Assembly (NCBI GenBank): GCA_009914755.4
Contig: CP086569.2
Coordinates: forward strand, 18,720,001-18,784,000
Direction of reading: 5' to 3'
DNA from: the human T2T-CHM13v2.0 reference genome, Homo sapiens
DNA: 64,000 nucleotides
Below, piece after piece: positions 13,306 through 25,442 of this stretch. The notes beneath the pieces were generated by a model, which was given only the letters and a program-made list of their open reading frames with translations, was not told the origin of the DNA and ran no database searches. Both the position numbers and the translations under genes were made by a program. Numbering within the stretch: the first letter of the stretch is position 1; the number at the start of each line of letters is the position of its first letter.

Positions 13306-16300
13306 GGGGGAATTGCTGGCAAGATTGCTGAATAAAAACAGCTCCAGATTGCAGCTCCCAGAGAGATCAATGCAGAAGGTGAGTGATTCCTGCATTTCCA
13401 CCTGAGGTACACTGTTCATCTCACTGGGAATGGTTGGGCAGTGGGTGCAGTCCATGGAGTGTGAGATGAAGCAGGGTGAGGCATCACCTCACCGGGGAAG
13501 CCTGAGAAACCAAGGGCCCTATTCCAGATATGCGCTTCTCCCATGGTCTTCACAACCTACAGACCAGGATATTCCCTTTGGTGCCTACCCCATGAAGGCC
13601 GTGGGTTTCAAGCACAAAACTGGGCAGCTGTTAGAGCAAACACTGAACTAGCTGAAAGAATTTTTTTTTTGTTTGTTTGTTTTCATACCTCAATTGTGCC
13701 TGGCATGTTAAGGAGACAGAACCGTTCACTCCCCTGGAGAGAGGTGATGAGGCCAAGGAGCCAAGTGGTCTGGCTTGGGGAGTGACACCCCCTACAGAGG
13801 CAAACAAACTAAGGTTCACTGGCTTGAAATTCTCTCTGCCAGCACAGCAGCAGTCTGAGATCGACCTGAAATACTCGAGCTTGTCTAGGGGGAGGGTCAT
13901 CCGCCATTGCTGAGCCTTGAGTAGGCCATTTTACCTTTGTAGTGTAAATAAAACCACAGGGAAGTTTGAATTGGTTGGAGCCAACTGCAGCTCAGCAAGG
14001 CTGATGTGGCTAGGCTGCCAGATTTCTCCTCTCTATGCAAGACTTTTCTGAAAAAATGACAGAATCCCCAGTCAGGGGCTTATAAATAAAACCCCGGTCT
14101 CCCTGGGACAGAACATCTGGGGGAAGGGGCAGCCATGGATGCAGCATCACAGACTTCAACATAACTGCCTGATGGCTGTGAAGAGAGCAGCAGACCTCCC
14201 ATCACAGCGTTTGAGCTCTGCTAATGGTCAGACTGCCTTCTCAAGTGGATCCATGGCCTCTGTGTATCCTGACTGGGAGACACCTCATACAGGAGAGCAC
14301 TGGCTGGAATCTGAAGGTGCCCCTTGGGGATGAAGCTTCCAGAGAAAAGAACAGGCAGCAATCAATGAGGCAGAAAATTAACAAGGATTTGCAGGACCTG
14401 AAATCAGCTGTGGACTAAGTAAACCTAATAGACATCTGCAGAACTATCCACCCCCAATCAACAGAATATACATTCTTCTCGGTGTCACATAACATGTATT
14501 CAAAAATTGACCACATAATTGGAAGTAAAACACTCCTCAACAAATGCCAAAGAATGCAAATTATAACAAAGAGCCTTCCAGACCATAGTGCAATCAAATT
14601 AGAACCCAGATTAAGAAACTCACTCAAAACCACACAACAACATAGAAATTGAACAACCTGTTCCTAAATCACTGATGAGTAAATAACAAAATAAGGCAGA
14701 AATAAAGATGTTCTTTGATACCAATGATAATGAAGACACAACGTATCACCATCTCTGGGGCACATTTAAAGCAGTGTGTAGAGAAAAATTGATAGCATTA
14801 AATGCCCACAAGATAAAGCAGGAAAGATCTAAAATAGACACGCTAACATTAAAATGAAAAGAAATAGTGAAGTAACAGCAAACCAATTCAAAAGCTAGCA
14901 GAAGACAAGAAATAACTAACATCAGAGAAGAACTAAAGGAGATAGTTCAAAAAAAACTTTCAAAAATCAATAAATCCACGCGCTGGTTTTTTGAGAATAT
15001 CAACAAAATAGATAGACCACTAGCCAAAATAATAAAGAAGAAAAGAGAGAAAAATAAAATAGATGCAACAAAAACTGATATAGGGAATATCACCACTGAT
15101 CCCACAGAAATAGAAACTACCATCAGATAATACTATAAACAGCTCTCGGCAAATAAACTAGATAATCTAAAAGAAATGGATAAATGCCTTGACGTATACA
15201 CCCTCCCATGTCTACACCAGGAAGATGTTAAATTCATGAATAGACCATTAACAAGTTCTGAAACTGAGGCAGTAACTGATAGCCTACCAACCAAGAAAAT
15301 CCAGTACCAGACAGATTCATAGCCGAATTCTACCAGAGATACAAAGAGGAACTGGTACCATTCCTTCTGATATTATTACAAACAATAAAAAAAGGAAATC
15401 CTCCTTAAATAATTTTATGAGGCCAGCATTATTCTGATGCTAAAAACCTGGCAGAGGCTCACCAAAAAAGAAAATTTCAGGCCAATATCCCTCATGAACA
15501 TTGCTGTGAAAATCCTCAATAAAATACTGGCAAACTGAATCCAGCAGCACATCATAAAGCTTATCCACCACGATTATGTCAGCTTTATCCCTGGGATACA
15601 AGGCTAGTTCAACATACGCATATCAGTAAATGTAACACATCACATAAACAGAACAAATGACAAAAACCACATGATTATCTTCATAGATGCAGAAAAGGAC
15701 TTCATCAAAATTCAACACCCCTTTATGTAAAATCTCTCAGTCAACTAGGTAAGGATGGAAGGTATCTCAAAATAATAAGACCTACTTATGGCAAAGCCAC
15801 CGCCAATATCATACCGAATGGGCAAAAATTGGAAGCATTCCCGTTGGAAACCTGTACGATGCAAGGATACACTCTGTTTTCACTCTTATTCAAAATTGTA
15901 TTGAAACTTCTGGCCAGGGCAATCAGGCAAGAGGAAGAAATAAATAAAGGGTATTCAAATCGGAAGAGAGGAAGTCAAATCGTCTCTGTTTGCAGAGGTC
16001 ATTATTATATACTTAGAAAACCCGCCATCTCAGCACAAAATCACCTTGAGCTGGTAAGCAACTTCAGATAAGCCTCAGGATTCAAAATCAATGTGCAAAA
16101 ATCACAAGCATTCCTACACACAATAACAGAGAAACAGACAGTGAAATTATGGGTAAACTCCCATTCACAGTTGCTACTAAGTGAATAAAATGCCTAGGAA
16201 TACAACTTACAGGGGATGTGAAGAAACTATTCAAGGAGAACTTCAAACCAATGCTCAAGGAAATAATAGAGGGCATAAAGAAATGAAAAAACCTTCCATG

Positions 16301-17834
16301 CTCATGGATAGGCAGATCAATATTGTAAAAATGGCCATACTACCCAAAGTAATTTATAGATTCAGTGCTATCCCCATCAAGCTACCAATCACTTTCTTCA
16401 CAGAATTGGAAAAAACCTTAAAATTCATATGGAACCAAAAAAGAGCCTGCACAGCCAAGACAATCTTAAGCAAAAAGAACAAAGCTGGAGGCATCACACT
16501 ACCTGACTTCAAACTATATTACAAGGCTACAGTAACCAAAACAGCACGGTACTTGTACCAAAATAGATATATAGACTAATGGAACAGCATAGTGGCCTCA
16601 GAAATAATACGACACATCTACTACCATCTGATCTTTGACAAACCTGAAACAAGCAAGCAATGGGGGAAATATTTTCCCTTTAATGAATGACGTTGAAAAA
16701 ACTGGCTAGCTATTCAGAAAACTGAAACTGGACCACTTCCTTATACCTTATGCAAAAATGAACTCAAGATGGATTAAAGAATTAAACGTAAGGATTAAAA
16801 CCATAAAATACCTAGAAGAAAACCTAGGCAATACCATTCAGGACATAGGCATGTGCAAAGTCTTCATGTTTAAACACCAAGAGCGATGGCAATAAAAGCC
16901 AAAATTGACAGATGGGATCTAATTAAACTAAAGAGCTTCTGCACAGCAAAATAAACTATCAACAACGTGAACAGACAACCTACAGAATGGGTGAAAAATC
17001 TTGCAATCTATCTATCTGAGACAAGGCTAATATCAGGAATCTACAGGGAACTTAAACAAGTTTACAAGAAATAAACAAACAACCTCATCAAACAGTGGGC
17101 AAAGGATATGAACAGACACTCCACAAAAGAAGACTTTGATGCCGCCAAGAAACATATGAAAAAATGCTCATTAATTTATCACTCGTTATTAGAGAAATAC
17201 AAATCCAAACCACAGTGAGATACCCTCTCAAACCAGTTAGAATGGCGATCATTAAAATATCAGAAAACTGCAGATGCTGCAGAGGATGTGGAGAAATAGA
17301 AATGCTTTTACAGTGTTGGTGGGATTGTTAATAATTTAACCCTTGTGGAAGACTAGGATCTTGTGGAAGACAAGAAATACCGTTTGACCCAGCAATCCCC
17401 TTACTGCGCGTATAACCAAAGGACTATAAATCATTCTACTATAAAGACACATGCACACGTATATTTATCGCAGCACTATTCACAGTAGCAAATACTTGGA
17501 ACCAACCCAAATGTACATCAATAATAGACTGAATAAAGAAAAGGTGACACATATACACCATGGGATAGTATGCAGCCGTAAAAGTGGATGAGTTCATGTC
17601 TTTTGCAGGGACATGAAAGAAGCTGGCAAACATCATTCTCAGCAATCTATCAGAAAAAAAGAAAACCAAACACCACATGTTCTCATTTTCAAGTGCGAGT
17701 TGAACAATGAGTACACATGGACACAGGGAGAAAAACATCACATGGTGGCGGGTGGTGGGATAGTGCGGAGAAAACATTAGGAGAAATACCTAATGTAGGT
17801 GATGAGTTGATGGGTGCAGCAAACCACCATGGCA
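13306..17834 (+). mobile_element. L1P-family LINE (about L1PA8 to L1PB age) with a complete 5' end, an internal deletion of ORF1 and the ORF2 endonuclease region, a degenerate RT region and a truncated 3' UTR
   Basis: The 5' start 'gggggaattgctggcaagattgctgaataaaaacagctccagattgcagctcccag' matches the L1PA 5'UTR start. At about 14340-14400 the 5'UTR joins directly to ORF2 ('...aggcagaaaattaacaaggatttgcaggacctgaaatcagctgtggactaagtaaacctaatagacatctgcagaactatccacc'). The RT motifs are disrupted by stops and frameshifts. The element ends in '...gggtgcagcaaaccaccatggca'. Confidence 0.85.
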
Positions 17835-17837
17835 TCG

Positions 17838-17908
17838 TAGTTTGCATTTCTCTAATGGCCAGTGATGATGAGCATTTTTCGTATGTTGGTTGCATAAATG
17901 TCTTCCTT
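17838..17908 (-). mobile_element. Short inverted L1 ORF2 segment at an L1/L1 junction
   Basis: Reads 'tagtttgcatttctctaatggccagtgatgatgagcatttttcgtatgttggttgcataaatgtcttcctttgagaagtg', the reverse complement of L1 '...cacttctcaaaagaagacatttatgcagccaac...gctcatcatcactggccattagagaaatgcaaa'. Confidence 0.6.
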
Positions 17909-18740
17909 TGAGAAGTGCGAACAGACACTTTTCAAAGGACATACAGGCAGCCAATAAACTTATTTTTAAAAGCTCAATATTATTGATTATTAAAGAAGTG
18001 CAAATCAAAGAAAAAAAACAATGACATACCATCTCATACCTGTCAGAATGGCTATTATCGTAAAGAAATTTATAACAGATGCAGGCGAGGTTACAGAAAT
18101 CAAGGAAAAATTATGCACTGTTGGTAGGAATGTAAATTAGTTCAACTGTTGGGGAAAGCAGTAGGGCAATTCCTCAAAGACTGGAAAGCAGAACTACTGT
18201 TCAACCCAGCATTCCCTTTACTGGATATGTACTCAAAGGAATATAAATCATTATACCATAAAGACACATGAATGCAAATGTTCATGCGGACTCTTCCCAA
18301 CAGAAGACATGGAATTAATCTAAATGCCCATCAGTGATGGTTTGGATTAAAGAAAATGTGGCACATACCCACACAAAATACTATGCCGCCATAAAAAAGA
18401 ATACAGTTATGCCTTTGAGGGAACATGGATGGAGCTGGAGGATATTATCTTTAGCAAAGTAATGTAGGAACAGTAAACCAAATATCACATATTTTCACTA
18501 GAAGTGGGAGCTAAATGATGACAACTCATGAACACAAAGAAGGGAACAATAGGCATGGGACCTACTTGAGGGTGGAGGGTGGGAAAAGAGAGACCAGCAG
18601 GAAAAATAACTATTGAGTCCTAGACTTAATACCTGGATGATGAAATAATCTATACAACGAACGTCCGTGACAGGAGTTTACCTATATAACAAACCTTCAC
18701 ACGTACACCTGAAACTAAAACAAACAAACAAAAAGAAACC
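17909..18740 (+). mobile_element. Older L1 (L1PB/L1MA-like) 3' end, distal ORF2 plus 3'UTR
   Basis: Restarts at 'gaacagacacttttcaaaggacatacaggcagcc...agaagtgcaaatcaaag...ccatctcatacctgtcagaatggctattatc'. Ends 'cctatataacaaaccttcacacgtacacctgaaactaaaacaaacaaacaaaaagaaacc'. Confidence 0.7.
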
Positions 18741-18780
18741 AAGATAATAGGCAACATTTCCATTTGAATTTCTAAAATGA

Positions 18781-19042
18781 CGGCTTTGAACAGTCTGACC
18801 TCTGCTTTTATTTGGTGCCGCAGGCCAGCCAGGCGGGGCGTCGCACGTGGCTGCTTCACCTTGACCATGAGTGTCCTGCAGTTCTTCCGGCTGCTAGCAG
18901 GGGACGCAAGAGTCTGCCTCTTCTGACCCTGGGAGTGCAGGTGTTTTCAGCGCATGCTGCTTGAGGGGGAGAGCAGCGTTCTTCTCAGCACAGACCAGAG
19001 CAACAACGCCTTGCTGTGGGACAGCTGCAGGGAGTGGTAAGT
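18781..19042 (+). promoter_or_regulatory. Small CpG-rich segment with a candidate transcription start and first exon ending in a canonical GTAAGT splice donor
   Basis: About 12 CpGs in about 260 bp of otherwise AT-rich DNA. Contains an Sp1-like 'ggcggggcg', a 'cacgtg' E-box, a Kozak-like 'gaccATGa' and the donor 'GGAGTG|gtaagt' at 19036/19037. Confidence 0.3.
18954..19036 (+). CDS. Candidate first coding exon, 27 codons plus 2 nt, MLLEGESSVLLSTDQSNNALLWDSCRE, preceded by a 19-codon upstream ORF at 18867-18926 (MSVLQFFRLLAGDARVCLF)
   Basis: Open from the ATG at 18954 to the exon end at 19036, directly abutting the GTAAGT donor. The uORF-plus-main-ORF layout is typical of a 5' exon. No homologue recognised from memory. 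Confidence 0.25.
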
Positions 19043-19204
19043 AAAAACTTCCCTCTGACTGCTGAGGATCAGGGACCCAGGAGAAGTGCTTCTTGTGGAA
19101 AATTAAACATAAAAATATCCCATGGCTTTAGTGCACCCCAACGTCCTTCCCCACACACAAGGTGTAGTGGCCACAATGCCAGGTCCACACTGTGGCCTCA
19201 TGCC

Positions 19205-19792
19205 ACAAATGTATCATTCGTCATATAACATCTGTAATAGACATATAACATCTGTAAACAAATATATCAACCATAATACAGATGTGTCATTCCTAATACT
19301 AATGTAACACCTGAAATACTGATCTAACACCCATATTACCACTGTAACACTCATTAACAGCAATAAAACACTCATAATACCAGTATACCATCTGAAACAC
19401 AAATATAACAACCATAATACTGATCTAAGACCCATAATACAAGCATCACTCTCATAATACCAATATACAACCCACAATACAAATGAAACACCCATAACAC
19501 TTATGTAACATGTGTAATGCTGTCCTGACACCTCTAATACAACTGTAACACTCATAATACCAATATACCACTCATAATACCAGTATATCATCCTGCAATA
19601 CAAATATAGCAACGGTAATACTGATGTAACAACTGTAATACTGATGTAACACCGGTAATACTAACACCCATAATACTAACACAACATCTGTAATACAAAT
19701 GAAACAACCATAATACTGATGTAACACCCATAATTACTGACGTAACACTCATCATAAAGATGTAACACCTGCAATACTGACATAACATTCCT
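19205..19792. repeat. Minisatellite, about 29 copies of a 19-20-bp unit (consensus about CATAATACTGATGTAACAC[C]), roughly 590 bp
   Basis: Periodic recurrence of 'cataatac', 'ctgtaatac' and 'gatgtaacac' with a period of about 19-20 nt throughout. It gives stop-free minus-strand frames (ORF-track artefacts 19214..19612 and 19588..19827). Confidence 0.85.
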
Positions 19793-22269
19793 ACTCTTAC
19801 TGGGGCACTTTCTTTCAGAGCTTCCACTGAGCTGGATTTGGGTTGGATTTGGCCTCTATAATGATGTTTGATGTTGTTGTCTCTGCTTTAGTGAAAAGGT
19901 ATTGACATGGTTGTTTTTATTAAAAAGTAGTTTATTTCTCAATAATTTCATACTTCTAGGAAACTTCCAATAGCTATTAGTATAGATTAATCCTCTCTTC
20001 CAGAATCTCCAGTGGTTTCTGCTGTGCCAGATTTGAAGCTTTATGCAGAATATCCCAGTGGGTTTTACAAAAAGTGGAGACATTCTCCAAGGGTACCACC
20101 ACATAACTACAACATCAGGAAATACAGGATTGGTACTGGTAATGGTAATGGCAAAATATTCACTTACAAACACAAGTTTCATCCTGTCACTCTCCTGATT
20201 TAATTTTGCCAGTGGTTTCCCACTGACCTTAGAACAAGAACCATAGAACTCACCATGGCTGCAGACCCCAAGTTCTCCTGCCTGTTTCCCGTGCCCACTC
20301 AGTCCGCTCAACTGCCTGCAGTCTCATCTGATTTTAATTGTGGGAACACAGTGTCTGGAGTGTCTCAGGAATTTTATGTGCTATCTCTCAATCTATTCAC
20401 CTAGTGCCCACACTTATCTAATTTCCCAAGGCTTTGTCCAGCTAATAAAGTCAGAGCTTGTGCTATTTAACTGTAGAAAAGATAATAATGTGCTGTTTCT
20501 AAAGATGAAAAGAAATTCATTATTTGTTAGGTAATTGATGAGATCACTCTCAACTTATAAATCAAGGAAATGATAGTTAATGCAATGAAAGTTCATGTTT
20601 GGGGAAATTAGTAAATACAACATCTCAGTGCTGAAGACAAATGACCCTATTAATTATTGAAATTACATAAGAATTTATTGGGCAGACTGTTACCTTGCTA
20701 TCTTCCGTAACTGTGTGTTATTAATTCCAAGTTATGTTAGGTTTAAGTACTTACATGTAACGTAGTGCATCAATACATTTAAGTGACAAAAAAGTCCTAG
20801 AACATGACATGACAATTCATATAAATATTTGTAAACCTCCTTAACTGTACAGTGTAAAGTAAATAAAGTAAGCTTAGCTATTTAAGCAGATGAGTTGTTA
20901 ATATTTGAATATTGAAATGCTGTGAGGGTATGTAATTATGTCACAGCTTTGATATGAGACTTGGGGCATTTGTGTATCCATGTACCTCATTAACTTAATG
21001 ACTTCCCTTATTACTTCCTTCTGGATGATAAATTTTGGGCCCATGGAGGCTGAGGGACAAACTGTCAGCTCTATTGGAAACTCTAGTCCAGCAAGAAAGT
21101 TTTCATTTCAGAATATTATTTCCTGCCAGATATTTATTTTCTCATCCAAGCAAACTTGCTCCCCAGCAATATTGTTACCTTAGCTGCTCCTCAGGTCAAG
21201 CTGGACAGGACTAATTTTCCCACACGGAATCACATGACTATGAGGAAAGCTTATTTAGGAAACACCTGATGGAGTAAAACTTATATATTTTACTGGTCAT
21301 CTTTTTATGTGCTTGTATTCCATATGCATGTCTTTTTGGTGAAGTGTGTAGTCAACTACTTCTCTGTTTTGTACCTGGATTGTTTGTCTTTTTTTTTTGT
21401 TACTGGGGTATGCAAAGTCTTCATACATTGTCGATAACAGACTGTTGTTACACACATAAAATGCAAGCCTTCCTTTCTGTACCATGTCTTTTCACTTTCT
21501 TGATAGTGTCTTTTGATGCACAAAAATGTTTAATTTTGAGAAAATTCTTTCTTTAGTTGACTGTGCTTTTGGTATCAGATCTAAGAAACCACTGCTAAAT
21601 CCAACATTATGAAGATCTATCCCCATATTTTCTTCTAAAGTTTCTTTTTTTACCTCTAATATGTAGGCTTTGAAACATTTTCTGTTAATTTTATTTTCTG
21701 TTGTGAGAAAAGTACAATTTCTTTGTCTGAATGCGGTATTCAGTTGCATAACAGCATTTGTTGAATTTACTGATCTTGGTTACATGTCAAAAATCAATTG
21801 TCTACAATTGACAATTGTAGACAATTGTAGAGGTACCGTTGGATTTAACCTTCAGTTCCATTGACCTCTGTGTGTGTCCTTATACCAGTATTATGCTGTT
21901 TTGATGACTGCTGCTTAGCAGTAATATTTGAAATTGAGAAATGTGAGTCTCTAAGTTGGTTTTTGTTTTCAAGAATATTTTGGCTATTCAGGATCCCCTG
22001 AAAAGTATATGAATGTTAGAATTGGCTTGTCCATTTCTGCCAAAAGGACTTTGGTATTTTCATAGAAATCACAATGAATTTGCAGTTTGCTTTGTGCAGT
22101 ATTGTCACATAAAAAATCATCTTCTAATCCAAAAGCATTGAGTGTCTTTATGTTTATGTAGGGTTTCTGGAATTTATTTCAGCAGTATTTTGTAATTTTT
22201 CATGTCAAATTCTTGCACCTTGATAAAAGTTTGTCTGGAAAACTTTATGATCATTGGCTTTTTGTTGTT

Positions 22270-22425
22270 GCTCTTTGAGACAGGGCCTTATTCTTTGGCC
22301 CAGGTGGGAATGTACTTGTGCAATCATAGCTCACTGCAGCTTCAAACACTTGGGCTTGAGCAATCCTCCCCCCTTGGCCTCCCAAAGTACTGGAATTACA
22401 GGCGTAAGCCACAACATTCAGCCTG
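22270..22425 (-). mobile_element. Alu partial copy (right part)
   Basis: Reads 'gagacagggccttattctttggcccaggtgggaatg...cctcccaaagtactggaattacaggcgtaagccacaacattcagcctg'. Confidence 0.8.
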
Positions 22426-22456
22426 TTTTGTTGTTGTTGTTGTTGTTGTTGTTTCT
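22426..22456. repeat. (TTG)n microsatellite, about 10 units
   Basis: Reads 'ttttgttgttgttgttgttgttgttgtt' directly. Confidence 0.85.
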
Positions 22457-22770
22457 TTGATTGTTTGTTTTTGGTTCCTGTTTTGAAAGTTGAAAAGGAT
22501 AATTTGCTTTATAATCAATGAAAATATAGTACTTTGAATAGGCCAGAAGACATAATGCACAAGAACTTTAAGTTGTATAGTTGACTTATCAACCACCTGG
22601 GTAAAGTTCAATTACTTCTTAAAAATTTGTAGCTGTTAACCTTCCCAAATTGTCTTTAAATAAACTCCTTGAATTGTAGGAATAAAAAAAATGAGACGAC
22701 AAGGCACATTTAAACAATACTGAAGTTTATCAAAGGACTTAAGGAATTTCAACTCATATGTCTCTCTCTC

Positions 22771-22864
22771 TTTCTTTCTTTCCTTCCTTCCTTCCTCCCT
22801 CCCTCCCTCCCTCCCTCCCTCCCTCCCTCCCTCCCTTCTTTCTTTCTTTCTTTCTTTCTTTCGT

Positions 22865-22942
<78 letters not shown>
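22771..22942. repeat. Compound microsatellite (TC)n(TTCC)n(CCCT)~11(TTTC)~25, which on the minus strand is the (GAAA)n/(AGGG)n tail of the adjacent Alu
   Basis: Read directly. It is adjacent to the minus-strand Alu at 22943-23214. The (GAAA)n tail is a known derivative of Alu poly(A) tails. Confidence 0.9.
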
Positions 22943-22944
<2 letters not shown>

Positions 22945-23214
22945 GGTCTTTCAGACAGGGTCTCACTTTTTGTCGAGTGTGGACTGCAATGGTGCCATCA
23001 TGGCTCATTGCAGCCTGCAGCTTCTCACTCCTGGGCTCCTTTGAATCTGTCTGCCTTAGCTTCAGCTGCAATACCTGGTAATTATTTTTCTTTTTCCTTC
23101 TTTTTTATTTTCTTGGAGACAATGGTTTGCCATGTTGCCTGGGCTCTTCTGAAACCTCTGGGCTCAAGAGATGTGCCTGCCTTGACGTCTCAAAGTGCTG
23201 AGATTACAGGCATC
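22943..23214 (-). mobile_element. Alu (diverged), minus strand
   Basis: Reads 'cagacagggtctcactttttgtcgagtgtggactgcaatggtgccatcatggctcattgcagcctg...cctgccttgacgtctcaaagtgctgagattacaggcatc'. Confidence 0.8.
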
Positions 23215-24370
23215 AATAAAACATTTATTGTGTTAGGGTCAGTAAAAATAAATCAATGTTTTGGCTAAGTTATGAACATACCTATAATGCAATTATTTGA
23301 ATAACTCCAGCAATGCCATGGGCAGCTACAAACTGATGAATTTTATTAACAAACAACTAAATACACAAAAACACTTAGCCCAATTGTTTAACTGAAAAAC
23401 ATGTTTATTATTTCTAGTTTCCAGCGTTTTCTAGGTCATCATTGTTCATTTTAAAAGTCCTTTCCATAGGATAAAGCAAAACCACCTATGAATTGCCATA
23501 TTTGTTTATTTCTCAGTTATGAAAATGTCCTTAATTTGTTGACATTGCAAACAAATTTCAACTCTGTTATGAAAAACTTAAGACAACCTTCTTAGCAATT
23601 AATTTTATAGTTACATTGCATACAGGGAATGTGCTGTCTGTGAAAAAATACAAACTCAACTACAAGTCTTAAACACTGAAAAGAGTTACCAGGTGATTAT
23701 AATTTATTTTATTATATCAATCTATTGTATTGATATACAATCAATTGTATTTACATACAATCTAGAAAGTTTACAGCTGTCAGAAATTCTAGTGCAGGTT
23801 TATGTGAAATCAGAATTTAAAAGTCCCTGTGGAGCTGTAGGTGTAGTAAAATGTGTAGGTAAAATATGTCCATGCTCTTGACAGTGCTCAGGAAGGGATG
23901 TCTCTCAAATTGACCTCAATGGTTCTCTTCTCAGCAAAATGACCTGGGCCACTCAACAAGGGTTTCATTATTGCTGATGTTTGTGAAGGATCTTTTATAA
24001 AAATTTATTACTCAAAAGATATTTATTTGACATCATGGCATTAGGGTTTTCAAAACCGCTAGAGGTTTTCTTTTCTTCATCCATTATATTTTAAAGGAAT
24101 TCGACATTGATTTCTCAGGAACTTGAACAGTTTCTGGTTAGCCCCACAGTGATTCCAGCCAGGTCCCAATATAGTAGCACAGCCTCAACTCCAAGGCTGT
24201 CCCAGACCTCGGCTGCCTGATATCTGTGTCTTTCAGGGCAGTGGGAAATATTCCAGCTTCTTGTTTTTTTGTTTTTTTGTTTTGTTTTTTTTTTTTTTTT
24301 AGAAATAAAGTTGTCATCTTAATTTCATTTTTGTAGGGTTGATTGCTAGTGAATAGAAATAGATTTTGTG

Positions 24371-24920
<550 letters not shown>

Positions 24921-25442
24921 CTAGTACAGGGTTTAATACAGTTGAGCATCAATGCTGTGTTCCTCATCTTAAAGCTTTCGTTCCCAACAATTTAGATGAT
25001 GATTATTATGGGTTTTGCATAAAGATGTTTTATCATGGGAAAAAATTGAAATACAGTTTATTGGATTTTTAATTGTTAAATGTGTTGTCTTTAAGTACTT
25101 TTTATAAAAGTTGAGACAAACGTGGTGTATTTCAACATTTGATTTACATAATATGTTGAAAAGGGATGGCATTAGAATGGTAAAAAAAAAAAAAAACCTT
25201 GATTTTCTGAGAAAAGATCTTAAACATCGTGGTTTATAATGTCTTCACTTATTTGGTTAAATATTATAATGTCTATAGTTAGCAGATATGGTTACGTTTA
25301 GTTTTTTGTCCCAGTGATACCATTTGTTTAATTCAATACTAATTTGGGCTTAGAAAGAGATATGACTCCTTGTACTCTTTTGCATATAAGGGGCTAGAGG
25401 TTAGAGTCATACAGGTTGTATTCAAAGTTTTTTAAGCATAAT

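Noticed and set aside
18781-19042. Whether the CpG-rich segment is just the tail of the preceding L1 or an SVA or LTR fragment
   Set aside because: This is only partly rejected. The L1 3'UTR clearly ends at about 18740 ('...aaacaaacaaacaaaaagaaacc'), and I see no Alu-like, VNTR or LTR hallmarks in 18781-19042. A RepeatMasker run is still needed, so I kept it as a finding with modest confidence rather than calling it a gene.
19214-19827. Minus-strand ORFs of 132 and 79 aa
   Set aside because: They lie entirely within the 19-20-bp-unit minisatellite. The repeat unit lacks stops on that strand, and the peptide is periodic (MSVTVV.../YYRCYISIM...).
20250-20405. Perfect Kozak 'caccATGGct' opening a 50-codon frame (MAADPKFSCLFPVPTQSAQLPAVSSDFNCGNTVSGVSQEFYVLSLNLFT*)
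   Set aside because: There is no CpG island or promoter-like context upstream (an AT-rich region following the minisatellite). There is no usable splice donor within the frame, and it is short with no recognisable homology. It is most likely chance. It would only become interesting if RNA-seq showed an exon here spliced from the 19036 donor.
21796-21816. 21-nt perfect palindrome tctacaattg-a-caattgtaga within 'caattgtctacaattgacaattgtagacaattgtag'
   Set aside because: It is a short local tandem or inverted micro-duplication of 'acaattg'. There is no flanking feature suggesting a transposon terminal inverted repeat or a regulatory operator. Noted only as a curiosity.
22754-23081. ORFs with (ERKK)n and (FLSF)n repeats
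   Set aside because: They are translations of the (TTTC)n/(CCCT)n compound microsatellite on the two strands.
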